Origin: a virus
Virus record (IMG/VR): IMGVR_UViG_3300027859_000009
Span: 1 to 64,000 of that record
Strand: one strand, 5' to 3'
DNA: 64,000 bases
Every line of letters starts with the position of its first letter. The stretch's first letter is position 1. Below, piece after piece: positions 1 to 7,686 of the stretch. Below the pieces are notes generated by a model. The model was not told the DNA's origin and did no database searches. It worked only from the letters and a program-made list of their open reading frames with translations. The translations under genes were made by a program, and so were the position numbers.

Positions 1-126
1 GAACGAATCCTTAACAGTTCTAAAACCCATTTATTTTCGGAAGTTTAGAAAAACTTGCACTAAACCTGTAAAAAGACTTGCTATGAATCTTTACTGGACG
101 AGGGTTCGAAACCCTCCGGCTCCACA
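1..126 (+). ncRNA. ssrA: tmRNA, 3' portion (truncated by the window start)
   Basis: Ends GGACGAGGGTTCGAAACCCTCCGGCTCCA(CA): T-arm plus Ala-type acceptor strand, preceded by the typical ...TAAACCTGTA...GGAC tmRNA 3' signature. No upstream D or anticodon arm of a normal tRNA. Confidence 0.8.
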
Positions 127-189
127 TTATCGTTCTTTGAAATAATATGTTGGTAAACACGTGGATATATATAATAAATATAAACTTAT

Positions 190-624
190 ATGAATACTAA
201 AGATAGAAAATTAATAGAAGCAATAGAAGCATCTCAAACGATGTCAGAAGCTGCTGCTAGATTAGGTGTAGCTTTTAGTACTTTTAAAAGAAGAGCACTC
301 ATGTTAGGTGTATACACACCAAATCAAGGAGGAAAAGGTACTTATAAAACCAAGAAAAAATTAGAAGATGTTTTTTCTGGTAAAATACACCTGGTAACTT
401 CACAACTTAAGGCAAGGCTTTTTAGAGAAGGATATAAAGAAGAAAAATGCGAAAGTTGCGAAAGAACAGAATGGCTTGGAGAACCCATACCTTTAGAATT
501 AGACCACATCAACGGCGATAGATTAGACAATTCTTTAGAGAACTTAAGAACTTTATGTCCTAACTGCCATGCCAAAACGCCAACATATCGTAAGAAAAAT
601 TACATTGCTCGGGTGGCGGAATAG
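190..624 (+). CDS. Free-standing HNH endonuclease with N-terminal HTH-like region
   Basis: CESC...LELDHINGDRLDNSLENLRTLCPNCH HNH/Zn motif. Stop codon lies inside tRNA-Leu. Confidence 0.9.
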   Translation: MNTKDRKLIEAIEASQTMSEAAARLGVAFSTFKRRALMLGVYTPNQGGKGTYKTKKKLEDVFSGKIHLVTSQLKARLFREGYKEEKCESCERTEWLGEPIPLELDHINGDRLDNSLENLRTLCPNCHAKTPTYRKKNYIARVAE

Positions 625-690
625 GTAGACGCGTCAGATTTAAGCTCTGATTCCTAGATTGGAGTGCGGGTTCGATTCCCGCCCCGAGTA
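607..690 (+). tRNA. tRNA-Leu(TAA)
   Basis: Acceptor GCTCGGG/CCCGAGT; anticodon arm TCAGA-TT TAA GC-TCTGA; long variable arm; GGTTCGATT T-loop. Confidence 0.95.
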
Positions 691-695
691 CAAAT

Positions 696-769
696 GGACC
701 GGTAGCTCAGCTGGATAGAGCATCTGCCTTCTAAGCAGACGGTCGGAGGTTCGAATCCTCCCCGGTTCA
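696..769 (+). tRNA. tRNA-Arg(TCT)
   Basis: Acceptor GGACCGG/CCGGTTC; anticodon arm TCTGC-CT TCT AA-GCAGA; GGTTCGAAT T-loop. Confidence 0.95.
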
Positions 770-790
770 CTAAAACTTTTTTAAAAAAAG

Positions 791-840
791 TCACTCCAGA
801 TTTTTTTATGTCGTTTAAAATGATTATATTTATACTATAA
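791..840 (+). promoter_or_regulatory. Early-promoter repeat, copy 1
   Basis: TCACTCCAGATTTTTTTATGTCGTTTA-N6-TTATATTTATACT. Near-identical copies at 34749, 35402, 54469, 55933 and 58489, each directly upstream of an ORF. Confidence 0.8.
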
Positions 841-857
841 TCAAAACAACAAAAGAT

Positions 858-1343
858 ATGACAATTAATACAACAATTCTAGACTTCGCAACAGATGCAC
901 ATAGTGGTCAACTTCGAAAGTATACTGGAGATGCATACATCATCCATCCTATCGCAGTAGCACAGTTGGTTATTGACAACGGAGGAGACCAAAACATGGT
1001 AAATGCTGCTATTCTTCATGATGTATTAGAAGATACTGCAGTAACTCACAATCAATTACGAGCATTTTTGCACCAAACGCTTAGTCAAGCTGATGCTGAA
1101 GATACTTTAAGTTTAGTAGTTGCTTTAACTGATGTATACACGCATCAAGATTTTCCAAATCTAAACCGTAAAGCCCGTAAGCAATTAGAGGCTCAGCGTT
1201 TAGGCTTAGTATCTCAACGTGCAAAAGCAATTAAAAAATTAGATATGGTAGATAACACAAAGTCTATTGTAGATAATGACCCTAAGTTCTCTAAAGTTTA
1301 CTTAGCAGAGAAAGAAGTATTATTAACATTTTTAAATCAATAA
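858..1343 (+). CDS. HD-domain protein, RelA/SpoT hydrolase (Mesh1/SAH)-like
   Basis: RKYTGDAYIIHP, HDVLEDT and K..D..DN motifs. Confidence 0.85.
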   Translation: MTINTTILDFATDAHSGQLRKYTGDAYIIHPIAVAQLVIDNGGDQNMVNAAILHDVLEDTAVTHNQLRAFLHQTLSQADAEDTLSLVVALTDVYTHQDFPNLNRKARKQLEAQRLGLVSQRAKAIKKLDMVDNTKSIVDNDPKFSKVYLAEKEVLLTFLNQ

Positions 1344-1344
1344 A

Positions 1345-1566
1345 ATGACGACAGAAGAGAAAGATTGGTTTTTGGGTTTACCAGCAGAAATAAAACTCGA
1401 ACTTTTAGGTGATATGTTAAAAGAAGGAAATGCAGGTATGGCTTTAGCTACAGCAAAGATTTTGCTAGATGCCCCTTTTTCTGAAGGAGGAATATTAACC
1501 GAAGATATCAATAAAGTATTTGATAACAATCTAAACCAAAACAAAGAAGATGAGCAAGGAAATTAA
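1345..1566 (+). CDS. Hypothetical protein
   Basis: ORF track; tightly packed after the HD gene. Confidence 0.6.
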   Translation: MTTEEKDWFLGLPAEIKLELLGDMLKEGNAGMALATAKILLDAPFSEGGILTEDINKVFDNNLNQNKEDEQGN

Positions 1567-1681
1567 TATAAATTGGTGGGCAGAAGATGATTGGTATTTT
1601 ATACCAACGTTTAACCTACATATAGAATACAGATGCTTTAGTTTTTACTTTCTAAAATTTACTTTAGAATTAGCATATTAA
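1550..1681 (+). CDS. Micro-ORF, 43 aa (MSKEININWW...)
   Basis: Read manually; ATG is part of the junction motif TAAACCAAAACAAAGAAGATG. Confidence 0.5.
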   Translation: MSKEININWWAEDDWYFIPTFNLHIEYRCFSFYFLKFTLELAY

Positions 1682-1697
1682 AACCAAAACAAAAAAG

Positions 1698-1832
1698 ATG
1701 ATTAGATTTTTTAAAGCATTATTAGCACACCCATTTAGATTTAAGTTTTCAATAGATGAAGATGAAAGATTATTTTTAGATGTGGGAATTGTATGGATAG
1801 CGGTACCAGTATTCTTATATTGGTTTCTATAA
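1698..1832 (+). CDS. Micro-ORF, 44 aa, hydrophobic C-terminus
   Basis: Read manually (MIRFFKALL...VPVFLYWFL); ATG in a junction-motif variant. Confidence 0.5.
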   Translation: MIRFFKALLAHPFRFKFSIDEDERLFLDVGIVWIAVPVFLYWFL

Positions 1833-1867
1833 ACTAAATCAAAAGCAGAATTATTAAGACAAAAGAG

Positions 1868-2233
1868 ATGAAACACTTTAAGCCCCCTACTAAAATAGAA
1901 ATAAAAGGCTCCTCCAGAGGAGGATATGGCTGTTTTGCGACAGAGCATATTAATAAAGGTGAAGTTGTAGAAATAAGCAAAGTTTTACCCATAATGAAAA
2001 ACACCGAATTTCAAATTCATGCTTATCCCGATACTAGAGTAAATAGAGGAAGGGTGCTTTGTCTAGGTTATGGGTCTTTATACAATCATTCGGATAATCC
2101 TAATTTAGAACAGGAAGAGTATGAAAATAATCTATTTAGATTTATAGCAATCAAAGATATTCTTAAAGGAGAAGAATTACTAATAAAATACGGCAATGCA
2201 TATTTTTCTAGTAGAGATATAGAAAAAAAATAA
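1868..2233 (+). CDS. SET-domain protein (lysine methyltransferase fold)
   Basis: GGYGCFATEHI.KGE, NHSDNPN and ELLIKYG motifs. Confidence 0.9.
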   Translation: MKHFKPPTKIEIKGSSRGGYGCFATEHINKGEVVEISKVLPIMKNTEFQIHAYPDTRVNRGRVLCLGYGSLYNHSDNPNLEQEEYENNLFRFIAIKDILKGEELLIKYGNAYFSSRDIEKK

Positions 2234-2257
2234 ACTTTTCACAATTTTAACATATAA
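2231..2257 (+). promoter_or_regulatory. Putative middle promoter (T/G)AAAC-N17-TATAA
   Basis: Exact 17-nt spacing. Same motif at 3601, 7654, 8080, 14440, 25126, 32481, 36934, 48203, 53895 and 62374. Confidence 0.7.
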
Positions 2258-2262
2258 TAATT

Positions 2263-2547
2263 ATGAAGAAAAAGAGTATATTAAAAGAAGCTGATGAAAT
2301 AATCAATAACCGATCTGAAGAAAAAGAGAGACAATATGGTCCATTTTCAGAAGGCATGGATAGAGCGGCTTCAATATTTAACGGAATGACCGGCCTAGAT
2401 GTTACAGGTAAAGAAATGTATATGGCACTTATAGCACTTAAATTTTCTAGAGAAAGCTACAATCACAAAAGAGATAACCTTCTTGATGCAGTTGCATACA
2501 TAGGAGCATTAGATAATTACATAGAAGAAGAAGATAATACATTATAA
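2263..2547 (+). CDS. Small all-alpha protein, DUF6378/nucleotide-pyrophosphohydrolase-like
   Basis: IL.EA..II...R..QYG...ALK.SR......DN.LD..AY pattern, common in phage nucleotide-modification loci. Confidence 0.6.
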   Translation: MKKKSILKEADEIINNRSEEKERQYGPFSEGMDRAASIFNGMTGLDVTGKEMYMALIALKFSRESYNHKRDNLLDAVAYIGALDNYIEEEDNTL

Positions 2548-2549
2548 TT

Positions 2550-3602
2550 ATGAAAACACCAGTAAAAGATATTTGGGAATTAGGAACATGGGCTAAAATT
2601 GCTATTGACGATGTTGTAACAACATTTAGTAATAAGAAGGCATCACATAAATCTGCATGGACATACATGCTAAAAAACCAGTTAAATCAAGCTGGTTTAG
2701 ACTGTGATATATTAACAAAAAACGATAATGTTCATGATTATGACGCGTGGTTTATCGTACTTCCAATGGAATTTCAAGGAAGTTATAATCTTTTTGGAGG
2801 AGCACAAGATGATACTGCAATGAGAATGCAAAGACTATTAGATTTTAAAGGTCCTATATTTTGTATTAATAGAGAAATGCCAGATATTGGTAAATTTGCA
2901 GAAAGTAGAATGAAGTCATGTTCTCAAATGTGGTCAGAACTTGATACTGAAAAACTTTCAGAAATTTCAAAAAATATAAAAACAATAGACCTTACATTAG
3001 AATCTGATACTTTTGTATTGGGAGATAGTCATTCAGTTTCAGCATATAAACCTGGAGCAAATATCTCTAGAAATGATGGGAAAACACTTTATGGAGTTCT
3101 CAAAGAAGGAATGCAAAATTATATTCCAGAAGGGACAAAGCATCTTATTTCATATTTTGGAAATATAGATATTAGACACCATCTTGGTAGACAAAAAGAT
3201 CCTCTATTATCAACAATAACCCTCGCTGAAGATTATATTAAACACCTTGAAACTTTGAATATTCCAAAAATTACAGTGGTTGCTTTATTACCAATTGAAT
3301 ATGAAGAGAGAAGAATTCCAAAAACAGGATGGTATAAAGGAACTCCATTTACTGGAACCCAAGAGGCAAGAACAAAAATCATGATAGAGTTTAACCAAAT
3401 TGTTAGAAGACTTTGTGAAGAAAAGGGCTTTGAATTTAAAGAATGGCCAAGACATTGGTATACAACGCATCCAAAAGAATTTGCAGACACTTATATGGAA
3501 AAACCTGGAAGCGTTCATCTTTCAAGACAATATTATCACTATGATTTTGATAGCGGAGAAGAGAATGAAGAACTTAAACAAAAAGTTTTTGGTTTATTTT
3601 GA
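2550..3602 (+). CDS. Hypothetical protein with C-terminal SGNH/GDSL-like domain
   Basis: FVLGDSHS (block I), YFGNIDIRHH (block III-like) and SVHLS (block V-like). Confidence 0.55.
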   Translation: MKTPVKDIWELGTWAKIAIDDVVTTFSNKKASHKSAWTYMLKNQLNQAGLDCDILTKNDNVHDYDAWFIVLPMEFQGSYNLFGGAQDDTAMRMQRLLDFKGPIFCINREMPDIGKFAESRMKSCSQMWSELDTEKLSEISKNIKTIDLTLESDTFVLGDSHSVSAYKPGANISRNDGKTLYGVLKEGMQNYIPEGTKHLISYFGNIDIRHHLGRQKDPLLSTITLAEDYIKHLETLNIPKITVVALLPIEYEERRIPKTGWYKGTPFTGTQEARTKIMIEFNQIVRRLCEEKGFEFKEWPRHWYTTHPKEFADTYMEKPGSVHLSRQYYHYDFDSGEENEELKQKVFGLF

Positions 3603-3650
3603 AACAAAATAAAAAAATTAAGTATAAAGTATAAATAATAAAAATAAAAT

Positions 3651-4898
3651 ATGAGCAAAAGCAAAAAAATTAAAGTAGGAATTATTGGCGTTGGAAATTG
3701 CGCTAAGTCCTTAGTAGAAGGAGTACAATACTACTCTGAAAAGCAAACTTCAGCAAATGGTATGATGCGTGAAGATATCGGAGGATATACGGCTGAAAAT
3801 ATCGAATTTGTGTGCGGTTTTGACATTGATGAAAGAAAAGTAAATACTCCTCTTGGAGAAGCTTTAAAACAAAGACCTAATAGCGCTTATGATATTGTTG
3901 AAAAAATAAATTCAAAAGCTCCAGTTTATGAAGGTCCAGTAATTGATGGTTACGCGCTTCTTATGGATGCATATCCTGAAAAAGACAGATTTTTAGTTTC
4001 AGAAAAACTTAGAAATAGCTCTGAAATGAATAGAGTTTCTTGGACTAAGAAAAAAGAAAACGAATGGAAAGAAAAAATAATTAATTTAATTAACAAACAT
4101 GAAGTTGAGGTATTAATTAACTATCTTCCAGTAGGTTCTCAAAAAGCAACAGAATTTTGGGCTGAAATTTGTTTAGCAACTGGTGTAAGTTTTGTAAATT
4201 GCATTCCAGTATTTATTGCGTCAGACCCATCATGGGAAAAAAGATTCATCGATGCTGGAATTCCACTAGTAGGAGATGATATGAGAAGTCAATTTGGAGC
4301 ATCTATTCTTTCTCAAATGTTACAAGAACTTGCCTTTGAAAGAGGACATGATGTCAAAGCACATATTCAAAGAAATGTTGGTGGTAATACTGACTTTTTA
4401 AATATGGAAGATAAAGGAAGACTACAATCTAAGAAAATATCTAAAGAAAATGTTATTAGAGCACAAAACGATATTAGAGGTATTTCTACTGAAAATAGCT
4501 TTTTACATGCAGGACCTTCTGAATATATTGCATACTATGGTGATAACAAAGTTGCTAACTTCAGATTGGAACTTGAAGGATTTGGAGGAGCTCCAGTTCT
4601 TTTAGATGCTCAACTATCTGTTCAAGATAGCCCAAATTCAGCAGGCGTAGTAATAGATGCTTTAAGATATGTGAGAGTTGCAAGAGAAATGGGAATTGTT
4701 GGAGCGTTAAGAGGCCCATCAGCATTTACTCAAAAAACTCCCCCAAAACAAATGATGTTTGCAGATGCAGTTCAAGAATGTGAGGCATTAGCAAATAGAA
4801 AACTAACACCAACTACGAAAAAACAAGTAGTAGCTAAAAAAGTTAGTGAAGTTAGAAGAGGTACTTCTACGGTTCAAGGAACTTTAAATAAAAACTAA
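3651..4898 (+). CDS. ino1: myo-inositol-1-phosphate (inositol-3-phosphate) synthase
   Basis: GVGNCAKSLVEG Rossmann motif; NYLPVGS, VNCIP, GDD.RSQ.GA, NVGGNTDFLN and DSPNSAG motifs. Confidence 0.95.
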   Translation: MSKSKKIKVGIIGVGNCAKSLVEGVQYYSEKQTSANGMMREDIGGYTAENIEFVCGFDIDERKVNTPLGEALKQRPNSAYDIVEKINSKAPVYEGPVIDGYALLMDAYPEKDRFLVSEKLRNSSEMNRVSWTKKKENEWKEKIINLINKHEVEVLINYLPVGSQKATEFWAEICLATGVSFVNCIPVFIASDPSWEKRFIDAGIPLVGDDMRSQFGASILSQMLQELAFERGHDVKAHIQRNVGGNTDFLNMEDKGRLQSKKISKENVIRAQNDIRGISTENSFLHAGPSEYIAYYGDNKVANFRLELEGFGGAPVLLDAQLSVQDSPNSAGVVIDALRYVRVAREMGIVGALRGPSAFTQKTPPKQMMFADAVQECEALANRKLTPTTKKQVVAKKVSEVRRGTSTVQGTLNKN

Positions 4899-4900
4899 AA

Positions 4901-5377
4901 ATGTACAAATTGAGATTTAATTTTTTAAGAAAGCTTTTTCAAAATGAAAAAGTTAGTAAAAGCAAAGAGGTTAAAAAAGCTAAAAAAGCTAAAAAAACCA
5001 AGAAAATTGAAAAAGTATACGGTTATGACTTCGATGGTGTAATTTCCATCGGAGTCCATCCGCGAAATTCAAACGATGTTATTATAACTGGAAGATGTAT
5101 AGATGAGGCAGAACATGTTTTATCTGTCTTAGATAAAAAAGGAATAACAAATAGTGTCTATTTTAACCCAATGACTTTAGCAGAACGTGGAAATCATACA
5201 CTTAAAGCTAGAAGATTTTCTGGAGCTCACAAAGCAAAAACAATTACCAAACTAAAAAATAAAAAAATATTAGTTACTAGGTTTTTTGAAGATGATACTA
5301 CTCAAATAAAATGCATATCTAAAGAACACCCAGAATTAGATATAGTACACATCAAATCTAATTTAGTAGAAAAATAA
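4901..5377 (+). CDS. HAD-superfamily phosphatase with basic N-terminal extension
   Basis: YDFDGV (motif I), ITGR (II), K (III), FFEDD (IV). Confidence 0.8.
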   Translation: MYKLRFNFLRKLFQNEKVSKSKEVKKAKKAKKTKKIEKVYGYDFDGVISIGVHPRNSNDVIITGRCIDEAEHVLSVLDKKGITNSVYFNPMTLAERGNHTLKARRFSGAHKAKTITKLKNKKILVTRFFEDDTTQIKCISKEHPELDIVHIKSNLVEK

Positions 5378-5381
5378 AATT

Positions 5382-6056
5382 ATGGCACTTACAACATTAC
5401 AAAAAAACTTAAGAAAAGATTATATGCAATACTTGAATGCTACTGAAGATGTAGATAAGAGTATGATAACCGACTGTATTAAACACTATCAAATACCGGA
5501 AGTAGATTATAGAGATAAAATATGTTTAGACCTTGGTGGTAATGTTGGCGGTTTTGCTAAATTAGCAGTAGATAGTGGTGCATATAGAGTATACACTGTT
5601 GAATGTGATTCTAGAAACTTTTTAAAAATGCAAACGAGTTTTCAAAATGAAGAAAAGGTAAATGTTATACATGCTGCAGTTTCAGGAAGTAGAGAAGATT
5701 CACTCGATATATACAAAGGACAGAGCAAATCAAATCACTGTTCTACTTCCATTATCAAAAGAACAGGAAGATATCAAAATTACGAAAATGTTAAAAATAT
5801 AAATATCAAAGACCTTTTACATGTTTGTAAACCAGATATTGTAAAAATAGACGTTGAAGGAGCAGAATATGAATTAATTGATGATGTTTTAAATTACCAC
5901 CCAGAGTTCTTATTTATAGAACTCCACATGGGAAAAATGAAAGAACTTGCACAGCCAACTTTAGATAGATTAGATGCGTTATATTCAAGCAGCAGTGTAG
6001 AGCCAGTTATTGTGTTTCAAAGCGTTGCAGGTTACGATTGTTGGTATAAAAAATAA
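5382..6056 (+). CDS. FkbM-family SAM-dependent methyltransferase
   Basis: LDLGGNVG, VE, HAAV and KIDVEGAEY motifs. Confidence 0.9.
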   Translation: MALTTLQKNLRKDYMQYLNATEDVDKSMITDCIKHYQIPEVDYRDKICLDLGGNVGGFAKLAVDSGAYRVYTVECDSRNFLKMQTSFQNEEKVNVIHAAVSGSREDSLDIYKGQSKSNHCSTSIIKRTGRYQNYENVKNINIKDLLHVCKPDIVKIDVEGAEYELIDDVLNYHPEFLFIELHMGKMKELAQPTLDRLDALYSSSSVEPVIVFQSVAGYDCWYKK

Positions 6057-6060
6057 AAAA

Positions 6061-7101
6061 ATGCTAGACCAAGTTAACATGGAAGTAGTCAAAGATGTTG
6101 GCTACTTTTTTAATAAAGTAAATGAGAGAGCACTTTGGCAGCTCGGTATAAATGAAACATATAGCAGCGGAGGAGACGCTGCTTTAGGGGAAACTGTAGA
6201 ATATTTTCATCCACAATTAACGCTTGACGACAGAATGCGATACATCATGGAGAATATCGTTTATTCTGGTCTTGATATCGACAACATTATTTGCAATACA
6301 ATTATATCTCACTTTTATGGAGGTAGAGGAATTCATCAGATATTAACTAAAGAAAGAGACCCTAAAAAAGCTCTTGTAGATTTTAAAAGACTTTTAGTAG
6401 ATAAAGACTATGAAAATACTATTAGAAAGAATTTAGAACATGCTGTAGAGTTAGGTTTACCAATCTATGGAACTACAGAATTAAGAACAAGTTTATTTGG
6501 AGCAGCAAATACTTATATTGCTGAATCTAGAAATCAAGAACGTGATGCACATAAAATCAACATTTTATTATGGGTAGCAAGTTTTATACCAAGAGGAATA
6601 ACATCGAGAATGTCTCAGGCACAATCACTTAAAGAGATGTATGATATTATCACAAATATTGAAGGTGTAGGACAGTATTACGGTTATCACTGCTCAACGT
6701 CTAACTCGGTAAACCCGGCCATTAATATAAACCACGATGAAAGATTTTGCGTACCAGGACCTGGTGCTAGACTTACTTTAGATATTATGTTTGGTGAAGG
6801 TTGTAAAATTCCTTATGGAGACAGAGTAATTTGGTTTAGAGAAAACTATAAAGACCTTATTGGCGAAATCTATCTTCATCCATCAACACATAATGTCATT
6901 GTCAATGGAAATCGAGTTCTTGCCGAAGAGCAAAATGATTTAAAGGTTTACGGATGTGAAGTTGGGTTATGTCAATACGGAGTTTACCATAGGCTTAGAA
7001 ATAACCCACATTTAATTAATAGACGAAAAGTTGCAAGAGCAGATGGGGCATTAATGGAATCTTTTTTCAATAATAATTATAAACAACAAACGCTTTTTTA
7101 G
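6061..7101 (+). CDS. aGPT-PPlase / amino-acid:DNA-transferase-like (HhH) DNA hypermodification protein
   Basis: HhH-like IEGVGQYYGY, PGPGA..TL and EVGLCQY..Y motifs. True start is probably ATG 6061, not 6010. Confidence 0.7.
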   Translation: MLDQVNMEVVKDVGYFFNKVNERALWQLGINETYSSGGDAALGETVEYFHPQLTLDDRMRYIMENIVYSGLDIDNIICNTIISHFYGGRGIHQILTKERDPKKALVDFKRLLVDKDYENTIRKNLEHAVELGLPIYGTTELRTSLFGAANTYIAESRNQERDAHKINILLWVASFIPRGITSRMSQAQSLKEMYDIITNIEGVGQYYGYHCSTSNSVNPAININHDERFCVPGPGARLTLDIMFGEGCKIPYGDRVIWFRENYKDLIGEIYLHPSTHNVIVNGNRVLAEEQNDLKVYGCEVGLCQYGVYHRLRNNPHLINRRKVARADGALMESFFNNNYKQQTLF

Positions 7102-7126
7102 ATATATAAAATAAAATCTATTTAAA

Positions 7127-7624
7127 ATGAATCATACTAAACTGTTTGAACAATTTGTTAATGAGAACATTAAAAATATGACCATCGGTACACCTGCTAC
7201 AAATTCAGCTCAAAGGGAAACTGTTAAATTTGAATTATGGGCTTTAAAAGAAGGTCTTAAAAACACATACGGTAAAGATTTTTCTAAAGCTAAACAAACA
7301 AATCCTAAAAGCGCAAAAGGAAAGTTAGCAATATATGCGGTAACTGAAGAAAAAGAAAACCCATATACAACAAACGATAATTTTAAAACAATTGCAGCAA
7401 ATACAATAATTGCAGTATGCGACGGTAAAAAGCCTCTATATTTTCATAGAGAACCAATGTTTGGACCTCCTTATGAGGGCGAAATCACTCTAACACCAGA
7501 AAGAAGAACAAATCACGACAACCTTAATTTTGGTTATCACGACCATGAAGGTGGAAAATACGCAACAGGTATTAAGAACCTTAAAAGAATTATAGAATTA
7601 GCAGACGTAGCATATACTTTTTAA
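7127..7624 (+). CDS. Putative internal head protein
   Basis: GATATATA at 7101; N-terminus MNHTKLFEQFVNE resembles the T4 capsid-targeting sequence. Confidence 0.6.
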   Translation: MNHTKLFEQFVNENIKNMTIGTPATNSAQRETVKFELWALKEGLKNTYGKDFSKAKQTNPKSAKGKLAIYAVTEEKENPYTTNDNFKTIAANTIIAVCDGKKPLYFHREPMFGPPYEGEITLTPERRTNHDNLNFGYHDHEGGKYATGIKNLKRIIELADVAYTF

Positions 7625-7643
7625 AATAAATTAAACTAATTAG

Positions 7644-7672
7644 AAGGGAACCTTAAACAGTTCCCTTTTTTT
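7644..7672 (+). terminator. Intrinsic terminator overlapping a middle promoter
   Basis: AAGGGAAC/GTTCCCTT stem plus T-run. Confidence 0.8.
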
Positions 7673-7686
7673 ATCTATAAAAATAG

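Noticed and set aside
85-126. A third tRNA at the window start
   Set aside because: Only a T-arm and 3' acceptor strand are present and the upstream sequence cannot form a cloverleaf; a tmRNA 3' end fits better.
4960-5010. AAAAAAGCT repeat in the HAD N-terminus as a frameshift or regulatory repeat
   Set aside because: It is a short in-frame low-complexity KKA repeat with no alternative-frame ORF that would benefit.
6010-6060. ORF-track upstream starts at 6010, 25441, 31029 and 35264
   Set aside because: They overlap upstream genes or leader/promoter elements; ATGs at 6061, 25555, 31068 and 35471 have A-rich initiation contexts.
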